Positions 41,809-54,750 of a DNA stretch of 64,000 nt are shown piece after piece; within the stretch, counting starts at the first letter, position 1; the number at the start of each line of letters is the position of its first letter. The translations under genes were made by a program, and so were the position numbers. The stretch is from the human T2T-CHM13v2.0 reference genome, Homo sapiens. Below the pieces are notes generated by a model. That model ran no database searches. It had not been told where the DNA came from and saw only the letters and a list, made by a program, of their open reading frames with translations. The stretch lies in NCBI RefSeq assembly GCF_009914755.1, contig NC_060925.1; one strand, written 5' to 3'.

Positions 41809-42225
41809 CAGAGGAAATTTCAGGAAGCAAGAAGACTGTGAGAAAAATACATCCAGGATTCAAATAGATATTCCATGATCTTCCAAATCAAGGTAAAGTA
41901 GTGAGCTGCAGGGTAGTAGGACTTTAAAATAATCAGCAGTTCCTGGTGGCATGTAACCAAGTAAAAACCAGTTACACAGAGAGCCACGAACCCCCAAGGC
42001 AAGAAAGCAGAATGTGAAAATGCTTTATATGGGGGGGTGGGGAATGGTGGGGGGTGATTCGTGGTGATCCTTAAGCAAAGTGAAAATTTACAGGCTGCAC
42101 ATCCCCATACAGTGGGGAAAGGCAGAAGCTGTGTAACCCCAGAGAACAGGAGGTGGAATACAGATAAATCTGCAAAGAGAAGTAAAAGGATGTGTTGAAG
42201 ACAACGAGATAAAGAGAGAACTAGT
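41809..42225 (-). other. BRINP3: BRINP3 non-coding exon 1 (5'UTR); 5' end approximate
   Basis: Perfect donor CTG|GTAAGT (plus acttac 41803-41808). TATA-like and CCAAT elements lie at appropriate distances upstream and a CpG island is adjacent. Consistent with my recollection of a roughly 22-kb first intron. Confidence 0.75.
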
Positions 42226-42330
42226 GAGCAAGGCTGTAGTCATCCTGATAGATATAGCAGCAAGAATGATTTAGGCTGCTGGGGAGGATCCAATGAGAAT
42301 TCAAGAGGGCACCACTTCGGAAATCCTGCT
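42215..42330 (-). promoter_or_regulatory. BRINP3 core promoter candidate
   Basis: Minus-strand TATATCTA starting at 42256, about 30 nt upstream of an Inr-like CTAGTTC (42224-42218). CCAAT at 42290-42294. Confidence 0.55.
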
Positions 42331-42499
42331 CTGATCTTCCCACTCTCAGTTCTTTAAGAGTTACCTGCGTTGGGACCATTATCATTAGGATTAATAGTAT
42401 TCCATCAGTGCATTTCACTAGTATTTCCCTTGAACATTTTCACTTGCAGCAACTGAGGGAGGCGTAGTAAGGAAGCCCAACACAACCAATTCCCCCACT

Positions 42500-43084
42500 C
42501 CCCAAATAAACCACTACGACCGGTCACATTACGATGACCAAATCATCAGCGATTTGCACGAGGCGGTGGGGGGTGGGGGGTGCGGGCGGTGATCGAAGGG
42601 CTGAAGATGCGGAGGAGGCCGAGTCGCTAGGCGCTTTCGGGGGCGCTGTGCCGGTGAGGCTTAGGCAAGGGGACGGGGAACCGTGGTTAGATGCAGCAGC
42701 GGCGGCAGCAGCCCTCCCAGGTCCCACTTCTTTGGCGTTCCTGCTGCCTGTGACTCAAGACAATTGACTTCCACCTGAACCCTCAGCTCCGAACGCCTTG
42801 CATTAGAAGCTAGAGCTTTGGAGGTTCTGAGGACGGTCCCTGGGGAGCAAGTGGTAGGTTTCGAGGCGCCCGCTTCCCCTCTGATTCCTGCAGTAACTGA
42901 GAGAGAGTGTGCCAGAAATGGCTTTGCTGCCGAATGCATTATCTTGCCATTTTCGTGTCCCAATACTGAACAAACGATCGCCTGATCGATCGGTAAGATT
43001 AGCTTTATTCCTTCTCCCTATTCCTCTCCTTGGCCCCATTCCCTCTGCAAGTCCAAACCCCAGTCTCTCTCTCTCTCTCTCTCT

Positions 43085-43115
<31 letters not shown>

Positions 43116-43400
43116 CAGGAACTTCTTCCTCTTTGAAACCGGTTTCCCAAGGGAACTGCCTGTGTGACTGAGAGGCTAGTAATCTGTTTGTAGATGATTT
43201 ATATTTTGGCTGCAGAATGAATCCCCCTCCCTACTCGGAGTACTCTCCTTAGAGATGATCCCCCGCCCCCTCCCCATGGGTTCGCTCTCAGAGCTGGGAT
43301 CTGTATAAAGAGCGCTGTGGGAGTCTTTTGCCCTCCGCTCTAGCTCTATCTTCCTCCGGACCCCGAAGCTTAAGAATTATCCGCCTCACTCTCTTTTTTA
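42500..43400. promoter_or_regulatory. CpG island / bidirectional promoter
   Basis: Sharp rise in GC and CpG density against a strongly AT-rich background. G-runs at 42565-42589, GC box at 43262-43270, plus-strand TATAAAG at 43304-43310. Confidence 0.8.
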
Positions 43401-45100
43401 GAAATAGGAGGGAAAGGTAGAGTGGAAATTGATTTCTTGCAGAGACTGAGGCGCTGAATGATAGAGGGAATAAACATTTGCCCTGGATAAAAATGTTCTT
43501 GGTAAGTAATCTTATTTTCTGCGGTTGAAAAAGAAACAGATTGCTTCTCACTGCCCCATCCCCCACTCCATTCATTTATTTGCTCTCTGTATGTAAATCA
43601 CGAGCTGGGTCAGTGGAAATTTTTTTTTCCTCTTCCCTAGGAGAGTAGTAGCTTGTAAGGGTGAAATTGAAGTAGAGGGTTTTAAGGAGACAATATGAAC
43701 GCTTTAAGGTCCTTTATATCCTGCATTAAAAACTCAAAGACAGATAAAGCAGTTAAATCCCTGTTTGTTTCCAAAAGTGGTATTTAAGTATTTCCCTTAT
43801 TTCCTACTAACTGTCTTTCCTTTCTGAAAATAAAGAAAAGAGTTTTAGGTAGTGGGCTCATGTCTATGCTTTTAGTATGTCTTGGCCATGTTCTGAAATA
43901 CAATTTCAGTTCCAAAATTAAGAATGGTTATTTTTCACATTTCGCAGGTATATTAAAGCTATAGAAACCACTTATTAAATGTGCATCTCGGTTCCAATTA
44001 TTGCACCAGATACAAATTAGTAGTATCCACAATGGCTATTTGCATATTGTGGTGGTACTACAAATTCATAAAGCCCTCTGGTTTTCCATGAGTCTCTAGC
44101 ACCCCCAGCCTGTGCACGCTCACAATGTGAAGAGTGGATTGGTGTAGCAGTAGGGAAGAAGCCAAACGGCTCTTGATTGTGCTTACATCATATGTCATTA
44201 AGTGTAGAGAATAACATGTTTTGCAAATTGTGTGAACTTGGTTTTCAAGAGTAAGCTGACCATTTTTGATGCACAAAATTAAGGGAGATTTGCTCTCAGA
44301 AAAATCATTGCATTTTTAATTATAAAATATATTTTACTGGTAAAACATTTAAATTAAACTTTCTTGTCTATTGTTATTATCCTACTGCAATTTATTATCC
44401 TCTAAATTTAATGACAAAGAATAAGCTAATTGGCACAAAATGCATTCCTGATGAAAACAGGATGACTGAAAAATCATCTGAAATGTATAATACTAAAATG
44501 TTATTGGTAAGATAAACTTCATTTTAGAAAATCAGTATTCTAGAAATCAGTAGTATAAAATTTCAGAAGAGAGGTAGTCAAGTGGCATATTGCAAGACAA
44601 AATATGTTTGTTCTCAACTATCTATATAGTCTTTATAGCCATCAACATTTGCAAGAGAAAAAAAATTCACTAAGGGCATGTTGGTATAACACTTTTTTCT
44701 TTCTCTCCTCAGGCTGTTGTCCAGCTCTAATGATGTCCTAGAGCAGAAGTGTTTCTTCTGATGTCTCATTTTAACAAGAGGATGATGTCTGTGTATGTCT
44801 CTGTGTTTTAGAGAGGCTGGCAAATGCTGCTAAGAGGATCTGAGGTTCACATAAAGAGGATGAAAATTCTGAATTACTTTCATTGCAAATAAACCTTAAC
44901 AATTGTGAGAGTTAGAGAGCATACTTTTCACATAAGACTTTGGTATGCTGCCTAAAGCTACTTACATAATTTGCTATTCAGAGAAATGCATTTGTTTATT
45001 GAGGACCCACCCGGACTTAAATTGGAAAAATGTAACATTCAGATTTTTATTTTATATGTGAAATAAATGTGTGATTGCTGTTCTTAAAAATTTGAAAAAA
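42900..45100 (+). ncRNA. Divergent spliced lncRNA (probably the BRINP3 divergent transcript/LINC01351); boundaries approximate
   Basis: Plus-strand donors after 42992 (TCG|GTAAGA) and 43501 (TTG|GTAAGT). Acceptors with long pyrimidine tracts end at 43118, 43640 and 44712. AATAAA at about 44888 and 45062. No credible ORF. Name is from memory. Confidence 0.55.
43064..43116. repeat. Interrupted (CT)n microsatellite
   Basis: Seen directly; ends immediately in CCAG. Confidence 0.95.
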
Positions 45101-45929
45101 AAAAAGGATAACAAGAATATTAATTTTGTGACCCATAGTTCATGAACTTTAAAAGTGTTTACAGCATTTAAAGTTTATTTAACAATTTAAGTATTTGAGC
45201 ACTATACTAATTCATATGGTTACATTTGATCAACTCCTTCATGAAGCCATAGGCTTTATATCTCCTAGCTGCCTTTTACCTTCAGAACAAATCTGGTTTA
45301 TACTTAGATTGCTCCAAAAGTTATGCATTTTAATTTTATGTTGAAAATGTCTTTCTTAGATAATCACGGTGCATATTTGCAGCTAATACTTTAGTATATT
45401 TTATATTATTGGTAATGCTTTTGTTAGCCATCCTGGTGCTGCCTTCTTATAAGAGCTATGTATGAGTACCAACTAATATATTTCTTTTTTTTTTTTTCTT
45501 TTTCTTACCTATTAACCCACTAAAATTTCTAATCTAAAAGCAATATTCAAGTTACATTTTATTACAGAAATTGGAAAGCAATTTGCCTGGGAAGCAAAAT
45601 GTTGATATGATTCAGGTGATTTTAACATTAAATCTAACTTGTAACAAAAACGGATTATATAAAGATAAATAAATTGAGACTATTATTTGCATAGCAAAGA
45701 AAGTCAAACATGACCCACACATTTATGCACATATAATTAATTTCAATAAAATGTTTATATTTATTCATTTTCATCTCTGCTATGTTTGCTTTTAGAGTTT
45801 TCTCTTTGAAAGAGTCTAAAGTTTTAAAAATACCTGTGTATGCAGGAATCTTCACATTTTATTTTGTAAGATCAATAATGCTGCTAAATAAACTGGGGCT
45901 AATGTGTTCAAGTCTCATAAAAAGTGTGT

Positions 45930-46110
45930 TGGAACTTGAATGGACATTAAGGAACATTTAATCTTATCACTCATGATGATGAAGAAGTTAAGAACCAGAG
46001 AGGTTAAATGATTAGTGTAATCATACACTAACTAATAACCTAAGGAACTTTAAATGCAGGTTTATTAACTTCTTAGCTAGTGTTCATTCTATATTAGTTA
46101 CATTCTATTA
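45930..46110 (-). mobile_element. MIR fragment
   Basis: ccagagaggttaaatgatt..tcatacactaactaa. Confidence 0.55.
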
Positions 46111-46351
46111 CTAAGACAGGCATTGTTTGAGAGGGGGCCTAGGAAATAAGTGAAAGGAAGAGAAAGTAGTACAAAGATGAATAAATAGTAGCCAGTCTTT
46201 TTAGAGTCCATTTTGTTGATAACTAATACTCTTTATTGTAGAAAACTTTTATTCCCCTGCTTTATTTTATCCTCCACTCCGCCGCCTTCCCATGATTGGA
46301 GATTTCATGTAATTTACCTTTGCAGAAAATATCTTCAGTATTCTTAGACAT

Positions 46352-46931
<580 letters not shown>

Positions 46932-47636
46932 CTATTTTCCCTCATGGTATATAAACTGTCGATAATTTCAACCACCTGCAGTGTCATACTCCGTCATGTC
47001 ACCTGTCTGCTCTACTTTTTAAATTCCCTAAAAATGTAGAAATAGGATTGTTCCAAGAGGAAAGCTGTCCTCTCAAAATAAGAAGTTTAATTAGACTCTA
47101 ATACATATCTGAAACTATACACACAGAAACACACACACACAATATGAAAGAAACGCAGAGACTAAGACAACATCTTTTAATGGAAACATTATGTAAAACA
47201 TACAAACAAAAAAATCTCACCACATGTTCCATTAGTATAAAAATAGTTTCTAATTTGAATAAAAGCTACAAGACTTCAACTATTTTGGAAGGTTCAGTGT
47301 TCTGGAGTAGTTTGAGCCATACCAGTGTTTTCATATACATCAATATTTGTGTGTTACATACAAGCCATTTTTGTTTTGAAAATGGCAATTCTAAAGTAGA
47401 ATATCAACATTAAGATCTATTTGGCACTAATCATCACTTCAAAAGGGTTATCATTACTGGATTAAACAAGATGAACATAGAATCAAATCAAACATTTTAA
47501 AATGTCTGCAGTGTATGCTTTTAAAATTTAAATTTTTGCACTAATCTGAAAAATTAGTGCTTTATAGAAGCATTTCTAGAACCATATTTCAGTAGCATTT
47601 GTATTGCTGTGTGTGTTTTTGTGTGATTAATAATTA

Positions 47637-47985
<349 letters not shown>

Positions 47986-48455
47986 TCAAAGCACATACTG
48001 TCAACTCTCAGTTCCATGAAGAAGGAACCATGATTATGTTTTTATTCTCAACTCAGTGACTTTGTATCACTACCACCTAGCACATCTCCTTACATAGAGA
48101 AGGAGCTCAATGAATATTAATTTAATGGATGAAACTAAGAACTTCATCAATTTTTCCCTCTTTAACATTCTTGCAAAGGTTTATTGCATTTAATTTGTAT
48201 CCAGCATTTAAAAATATTGTTATTAAATTACAGCATTATTCAAAAAACTTTTGGAATATTTGACATACATTTGGCCTAATAAACCAAAGTATATTAGAAA
48301 TCATGACCTTTGCACAAGACTTTATAGTCTTATAAATACCTTACTATTCACCATATTAATTTAATCCTTTCACCATGTTGTGAAGTAACTTAGTATTTTA
48401 TCTTAATATGAGAGAAGTGAGATATGAGGAAATTGAAGCACTGTTACTAATTTCT

Positions 48456-48833
48456 ATCTTAGTCTGCTCATTCAGGCTGTTACAAGGAAATACCATAGAC
48501 AGGGTGGCTTAAACAACATAGGCTGGGAATTCCAAGATCAAAGTGCCAGCTGATTTGATTTCTACAGAGGGCCTGCTTTCTGGTTTGCAGATAGCTTCCT
48601 TGTCACTGTGTGGTCACATGACTTCATAGGTGTGTGAAAGTAGAGGAGGGGGAGGTGGTCGAGAAAGATAACTTCTTCTTTTTAAGGGCACCAATGCTAT
48701 TATGTGGGACCCACCTTTATGTTCCACTGTAAACCTTATTATCTCCCTAATTCCTTACCTCAAAATACCATCACACTGAAGACTAGGGCATCAACATACA
48801 AATTTTGAGAAGATGCAAACAATCAGCTCTTAA
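48456..48833 (-). mobile_element. MaLR LTR (MLT1A/MST-like)
   Basis: tcttagtc..caggctg..aaataccatagac.gggtggcttaaacaac..aataccatcacactg. Confidence 0.8.
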
Positions 48834-49350
48834 AAATTACTAAAAGACATTGTTGAATTCTTTTTATTCACTGTATTGTATTTCCTAGTTTGTTGAAGAA
48901 ATATGATGAAAATGTCATATAATTTTACTAACAAGTTATATATATAAGTGTACATTCTTCATGTGTCAACTTCTTGCAAGTAAAATACATTTAAGGAAGA
49001 GTGAAATGTTTGTAGTATCATAAGCTGAATTATAAAACTGTTAGTTTATAATTATTTAACATTTTGCTACTCAAAGTTCTCAGAATTAACATTTTTTGAC
49101 ATTAACAAAAATAATTATTCTTTAAATTATTTGTACCACCAACATTTATTTATTAGTGTAGTGACTAAAATATATTCATTGGCATAGTAGATATATGAAT
49201 TTATGCATATTGATAGGCATATATATATACGTACAATTTTTGAAACAACTTACAAAAATAATAAATATGAGAATATTCAAGGAAATGGTAAGATATAACT
49301 TCCTTACAATCTTTCCTTGTAACTGGATTTTAATGATTAACTAGTATGGG

Positions 49351-49800
49351 TGTGGTAGAAACAATAATGACCCCCAAAATGTCCACATCCTAATTCCCAG
49401 AACCTGTGATAACTTCCCTTTTGTGGCAAAAGGGACTTTGCAAATGTTAAAACATTAAGTATCTGGAGATGTAGAAGTTATCTTAGATCAGCTGTAAATG
49501 CCCAATGTAATCACAAGCATGCTTGCAAGAGGGAGGTAGAATGAAAGAGTCAGAGATGTGAGGACAGAAGCATTGGTGGAGTGATTGGGAGAAGTGAGGA
49601 GAGTAGCCAAGAAATGCAGGCAGGATGCCCTCTAGAATCTGGAAAAGGGAATATTCTTCCCTAGAGCTTCCAGAAGAAATGAAACATTGCTGGCCCATTT
49701 TAGGCTTCTGACCTCCAGAACTGCAAACTAATACAATTTATGTTACTGTAAGTCATTATACTTGTGGTAATTTGTAACAGCAGCAATGGGAAACTAATAC
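49351..49800 (+). mobile_element. MaLR LTR, MLT1D-like
   Basis: tgtggtag..aataatgacccccaaa.atgtccacatcctaat..cagcagcaat.ggaaactaatac. Confidence 0.85.
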
Positions 49801-49944
49801 TCATGAACAGAGTAGAACATAAGTAGTATGTTCTTTCTTCTCTAGGAACTAGATGATTTAACAGCAAACTCTTGCTTCCTCGCCATTCCATTCCTCCAGG
49901 TACTGAGCAAATCACCATCTTTCATGAGTCAAGAACTGAGTTGA

Positions 49945-50243
49945 GGCTGGGCACAGTTGTTGACACCTGGAATTCCAACTCTTTGGAGGGTCTAGGCAGG
50001 GAGGGTCCCTTGAGCCCAGAAGTTCTAGACCAGCCTGGGCAACATGGCAAAACATGGTCTTTACAAAAAATACAAAAATTAGCCAGGCATGCTGGTGTGC
50101 ACTGTAATCTCAGATACTTAGGAGACTGAGGCGGTAGAGTTGATTGAGCCCAGGAAGTTGAGACTACAGTGAACCATAATTACACTGCTGCATTCCAGCC
50201 TGGGCAACAGAGTGAGACTCTGTCCCGAAAAAAATAACAACAA
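49945..50243 (+). mobile_element. AluJ
   Basis: Diverged dimer with cttgagcccag. Confidence 0.88.
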
Positions 50244-51619
50244 AGTTGATTCTTCCTATTCATTTTACATGAGGGATGGATAGGAAATCAGAGTAGGGAA
50301 AAATAGACATAGCACTACTTTCTAGAAATTAACTAGTGAATTAAAGATATATAGTATTACATAATTTTATTTATTTAGAATATAACATTTAGCGTATAGC
50401 CTCACACATATTAGCACAAAATACATGCTGACTTAGGTACAACAAATATTGACATAGCTGTGAGAAAGTGCATAATGTTCATTAAATTTGAAGATTATGT
50501 GAAATGTACTAACCTTGGTATGAAGAAAAGACACTAAACACAATAAAATTAAATACAGAAGCTGCTAATAATTAGCAAAATATTTTAAAATTTTTGAGAT
50601 TTAAAATGAGACCACCCAAAGAATGACTGGCAGGGAGTGGGAGGACTTTTATTTTTATTGAAGAGATTGATATGAAGCAAATTGACCTTTTCTTCTTACG
50701 TTTTTGTACAGTATTGTAATTAAGAAAAGGAACTGAACATTTACTTAATTAGAATGCATCATTAATTTTAGTGTCTCATGAACTCCAAAGGCCTTTCACC
50801 CCTTTAATGAAAATAAAGAAGAACTAAGCTACTTGATTGCCAATCCTCTCGGGATCTCTAAATCTCTCTAATGCTTGTATTTCCTATTCAAAAGAAATAC
50901 ATACTTTGTAGGAGGATGAAAAACAATCCTTCACATTGATTTTACGGTTTTGCCTCTGAGGAGAAAATATGAATTTATAGACAAAAGTAATTTTAAAAGA
51001 CTATATAAAGTGAATTCATTTCTTATTTATGGAAAGAGACCAAGTCTAAAAGTCAATTCAACAAATATTTATTGAGCATTTATTCAACAATCATTTATTG
51101 ATGGTATTACATATAAGAAGCAAGATTTTAAATGTTACAAGGATGTAAATATAAGTAAGTTACATTATTTATGTCCTAGTTAGAGGATAAGAGGAGTATA
51201 CTGACAAATATAAAGGTTTTTAAAACTGCCTCCTATATTTAATTTACATAATCAATCATCCTTTTATAAGAAAGAAAAAAAAATATTGATTGTGATCTAT
51301 GAGCCAAGCACTTCCTAGAAAAAAGTGCTGAATAAGACAACCAAAGGCACATACCCCAAGTATCTGCCAACTGTTAACACTGTCATAATAATGAAAACAA
51401 AACAAAAAAAATAATGAAACTATACTTAAATGATTGCTGCTGTCTTTAGCCTAGGCATATGATCTCCTCAGCCATACATCCAGCATGCTTCACGCCTTTT
51501 GTTTACTTATTAGCTTCTGTAAGCATATAAGATTGTTATCTATTTCTTGCATTTGTTGGCAGGAGGGGTTTCCTTAGAGTTTAAGAGGCAGCAGTTGAGG
51601 CCGGATGAATGATCTGGTC

Positions 51620-52299
51620 CATATAAGTTAAGTGTTGTAATGAACAACTCCAAACTTCAGTTGCTGAAAAGAAAACTTAGCTGGATGTCGTGGCTCATGC
51701 CTGTAATCTCAGTGCTTTGAGAGGCAGAGGAGGGAAGATTCCTTGAACCCAGGAGTTTGAGACCAGCCTGGGCAACATAGGGAGACTTTATCTCTCAAAA
51801 AAAAAAAAAAAAAAATTAGCCAAGTTTGGTGGTGCACACCTGTGGTCCCAACCTCCGGTTGAGGCTGAGGTGGGAGGATCACTTAGGCTGGGGAGGTCAA
51901 GGCTTTAATGAGGCACTGCACTCCAGCCTAGGTAACAGAATGAGACCCTGTCTAAAAAAAAAAGAAAAAAAAAAAGAAAGAAAAAAATAAGAAATAAGAA
52001 AGAAATAAAATTTAATTTTGTATTCACGCAAGGTTCATTTGCGTCAGCAGGATGAGTGAGGTGGTCTGATTCACAGTGATTTAGGACCCCAGTAGCTTTT
52101 CATTGACTAACCCAACATTGTAGGAAGTCTTTTGATGTTCTCTATGCATTTGGTAAATGAGGGAGAGAGCGTGGATGATCTTTTAGGAGATTTTGCGGGC
52201 CAGCTCCAGAAGTGGTCCACATCACTTCCCTTCACACTCCACTGAGAACACCTTTTCATGGCCACATCTAACTACAAAATAAATAAACAAACAAACAAA

Positions 52300-52330
<31 letters not shown>

Positions 52331-52396
52331 AAAGCTGTAAAATGAAGTCAAACTTTGTGTCCAGGAAAAAGAAAACATGGATAGCAATCTGCTACA
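51620..52396 (-). mobile_element. Old MLT1 (J/K-like) LTR interrupted by an AluJ and (AAAT)n
   Basis: ccagaagtggtccacatcacttcc..catggccacatctaactacaa..tctgctaca. Confidence 0.6.
51679..52010 (+). mobile_element. AluJ
   Basis: Diverged dimer with a long middle A tract and A-rich tail. Confidence 0.88.
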
Positions 52397-52699
52397 TTGA
52401 TATTCTCAGACCAAAACATTATTTAGTTTAGTTATGTATTATGTATATTCTTAGTTATGTACATTACCATAGCATTGGATTGTACACTTGGTGCAGGTTG
52501 GGGTCCTCAGATTTGTTTATGTGAAGGAATCAAAACAGAAAGTTTGATAGGTGGTACCTTACTAGGTAATAGGGAGAATTCCAGTCCTTGCCAACATCTA
52601 GAATGAACTCTGTACATAGTTTGTGCCTAATAAATACTTGTTAAGTGAATAAATATCTATGACCTTCAGTGTTCCCATAAAATATCCCCGTGCCCAAAC

Positions 52700-53790
52700 T
52701 TAACATTCAACTTGATGTCCACATGCAAAAATAAATAAATTTAGACACAAATCTTACATCTATAAGATAAATTAACTCCAAGTGAGTCACAGACCTAAAT
52801 GTAAAATACAAAACTCTAAAACTTCTAGGATATAAGATAGAAGAAAATCTACATGACCTTGAGTTTGATCATGAATTTTTAAATACAATACCAAAATCAC
52901 AGTTCATAAAAGAAAAAAGAAACTGTTAAGTTACCCTGCATTAAAATTAAAATCTTCTGCTCTGAAAAAGACATTGTTAAGAGAATGAAAAAACAAGCCA
53001 CAGACTGTGAGAAAATATGTGTAAAACACATATCTGATAAAGAATTGATATGAAAATATAGAAAGAACACACTTAATAAAAACAACAAAAAACCCCAGTT
53101 TAAAAATGGGCAAAAGATCTGAACAAAAAATTTTATCAAAGAAGATATGCTGACATGATATAAGCATATGAAAATATGTTCAACATTGTATGTAATTAAG
53201 AATTGCACATTAAAAGAACTATGAGATACCACTATATACCTATTGAAATTACTAAAATCAAGTAAACAGACAATAGTACATTGTTACAGGATGTGGAGCA
53301 AGGGGAACTCTTAATTTTGCTGGTGGAAATGACAAATGATACATTCATTTTGAAAAAGAGTTTGGCGGGTTCTTACAAAGCTGATCATAGTTTTATTATC
53401 CAATTCATCCACCACATTCTTTGCTATTTATTTATCCAAATGAGTTAAAACATATGTATACAGAAATATCTGCAGTTTTTTTCATATTTGCCCAAAATGG
53501 GCAGCAACCAAGGTATCCTTCAAAAGGCAAATGGATAAACAAACTATCCTACATTCATACAATACAATGTTAGTCAATGAGTAAAGGAGTGTACTACCAA
53601 GTCACAAAAACACATAGAGGAAACTTAAATATACATTGCTTATTGAAAGAAGCCTGTTTGAAAGTGGTCATATGACATTCTGGAAGAGGCAACACTATAG
53701 AGACAATAAAAAAATCAGTGGTTGATCAGTGGTTGGGTTTTGTTGGTAGGGGTGGTGGGAGAGAGCAGGATGTGTAGGTGGAGCACAGGA
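52700..53790 (+). mobile_element. L1M (L1MC-like) ORF2 3' end and 3'UTR
   Basis: attaaaatcttctgctctg..aaaaatgggcaaaagatctgaac..atgagataccactata..aatggataaacaaact. Confidence 0.85.
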
Positions 53791-53799
53791 GATGGCTGA

Positions 53800-54750
53800 A
53801 ATATACCAATGATTCATTCTTGATCTGCATCTTCTTTGACAAATTAACAGTATTTGACACAATACACCGTTCCATAGTTTCTTAATCTGTTTCCAGAACA
53901 AAACAATTATTTGGTTTTCCTTTTACATCTCTGGTTGGCTGCTTCTTAGTCATCTTTTCTCATTTATTTTCATCATCTTGAATTTTTAAAGCTGAAATTC
54001 TCTAAGGTTCAATACTTATCCTTTATATTTATATCTACACTCAACTTCTTCAGGGTCTCATTTATTTTCATGATTTCCAATATAATCTACAGATTACTTC
54101 CAAATTTACATCTTCAGGCTGGTGCTTTTCCCCAGACCTTCTAGAGTCCATACCACTTACTAATCAACAACTTCACTTGGAAGCATAATAGCCATCCTAA
54201 TTTTAGTATGTCTAAAATTCAGCTGCTGTACCCCCACTCTTCAAACCTGTTCCATCTCTATTCTTCCCCAAATCAGTTAGCAATAATCCATCCTTACAGA
54301 TGGTTATGTAAAAAATCTGAAAGAACCTTTGACTTCTGTCTTTCTTTTAGAGCTCACACTCAATTATTCAATGAATCCTCTTGAGAAAGACAGCAAAGTA
54401 CATCTATCACCCGACGACTGCTCAATCATTTCATTGGTAACACATTAATCAAGTCACATTAAGTCACTGTAATCTCTCACTTGGTTTATTCCAATAAACT
54501 CTTATTTACCTTGTTCTGCCTTCCCAATTCCACTCTTTCTGTGCTTAACAGAAAATAGTGTAACTGGTTAAACTGAAAATCAATCACGTAACTTCTCTGC
54601 TCAAAATGTGCAATAGGTTTCCATATATCTACAACCAAAATCCTTGCCATGACTGCCAAGGCCCTAAAACATTTAATCTTTTTTTCTCCCTTTTCTATTA
54701 TTATTTTATCTACCTTAGTCACTCTCCTCTAGCCACACTGGCCTCTTGTA
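53800..54750 (+). mobile_element. L2 fragment
   Basis: L2 RT-like text (gtatttgacaca..., tacagattacttccaaatttacatct). Confidence 0.7.

Noticed and set aside
40398-42660. Partial RE1-like matches (gtggtgcgga at about 40410; ggcgctgtgccggtg at about 42642)
   Set aside because: Only one half matches in each case and the spacing is non-canonical.
42524-43150. CpG-island ORFs, including a 77-aa ORF with poly-Ala
   Set aside because: GC-rich DNA lacks stops. Poly-Ala and RE/SL runs come from GCN and CT repeats, and there is no recognisable homology.
52897-53232. Hydrophobic 111-aa ORF
   Set aside because: Antisense reading of a decayed L1.
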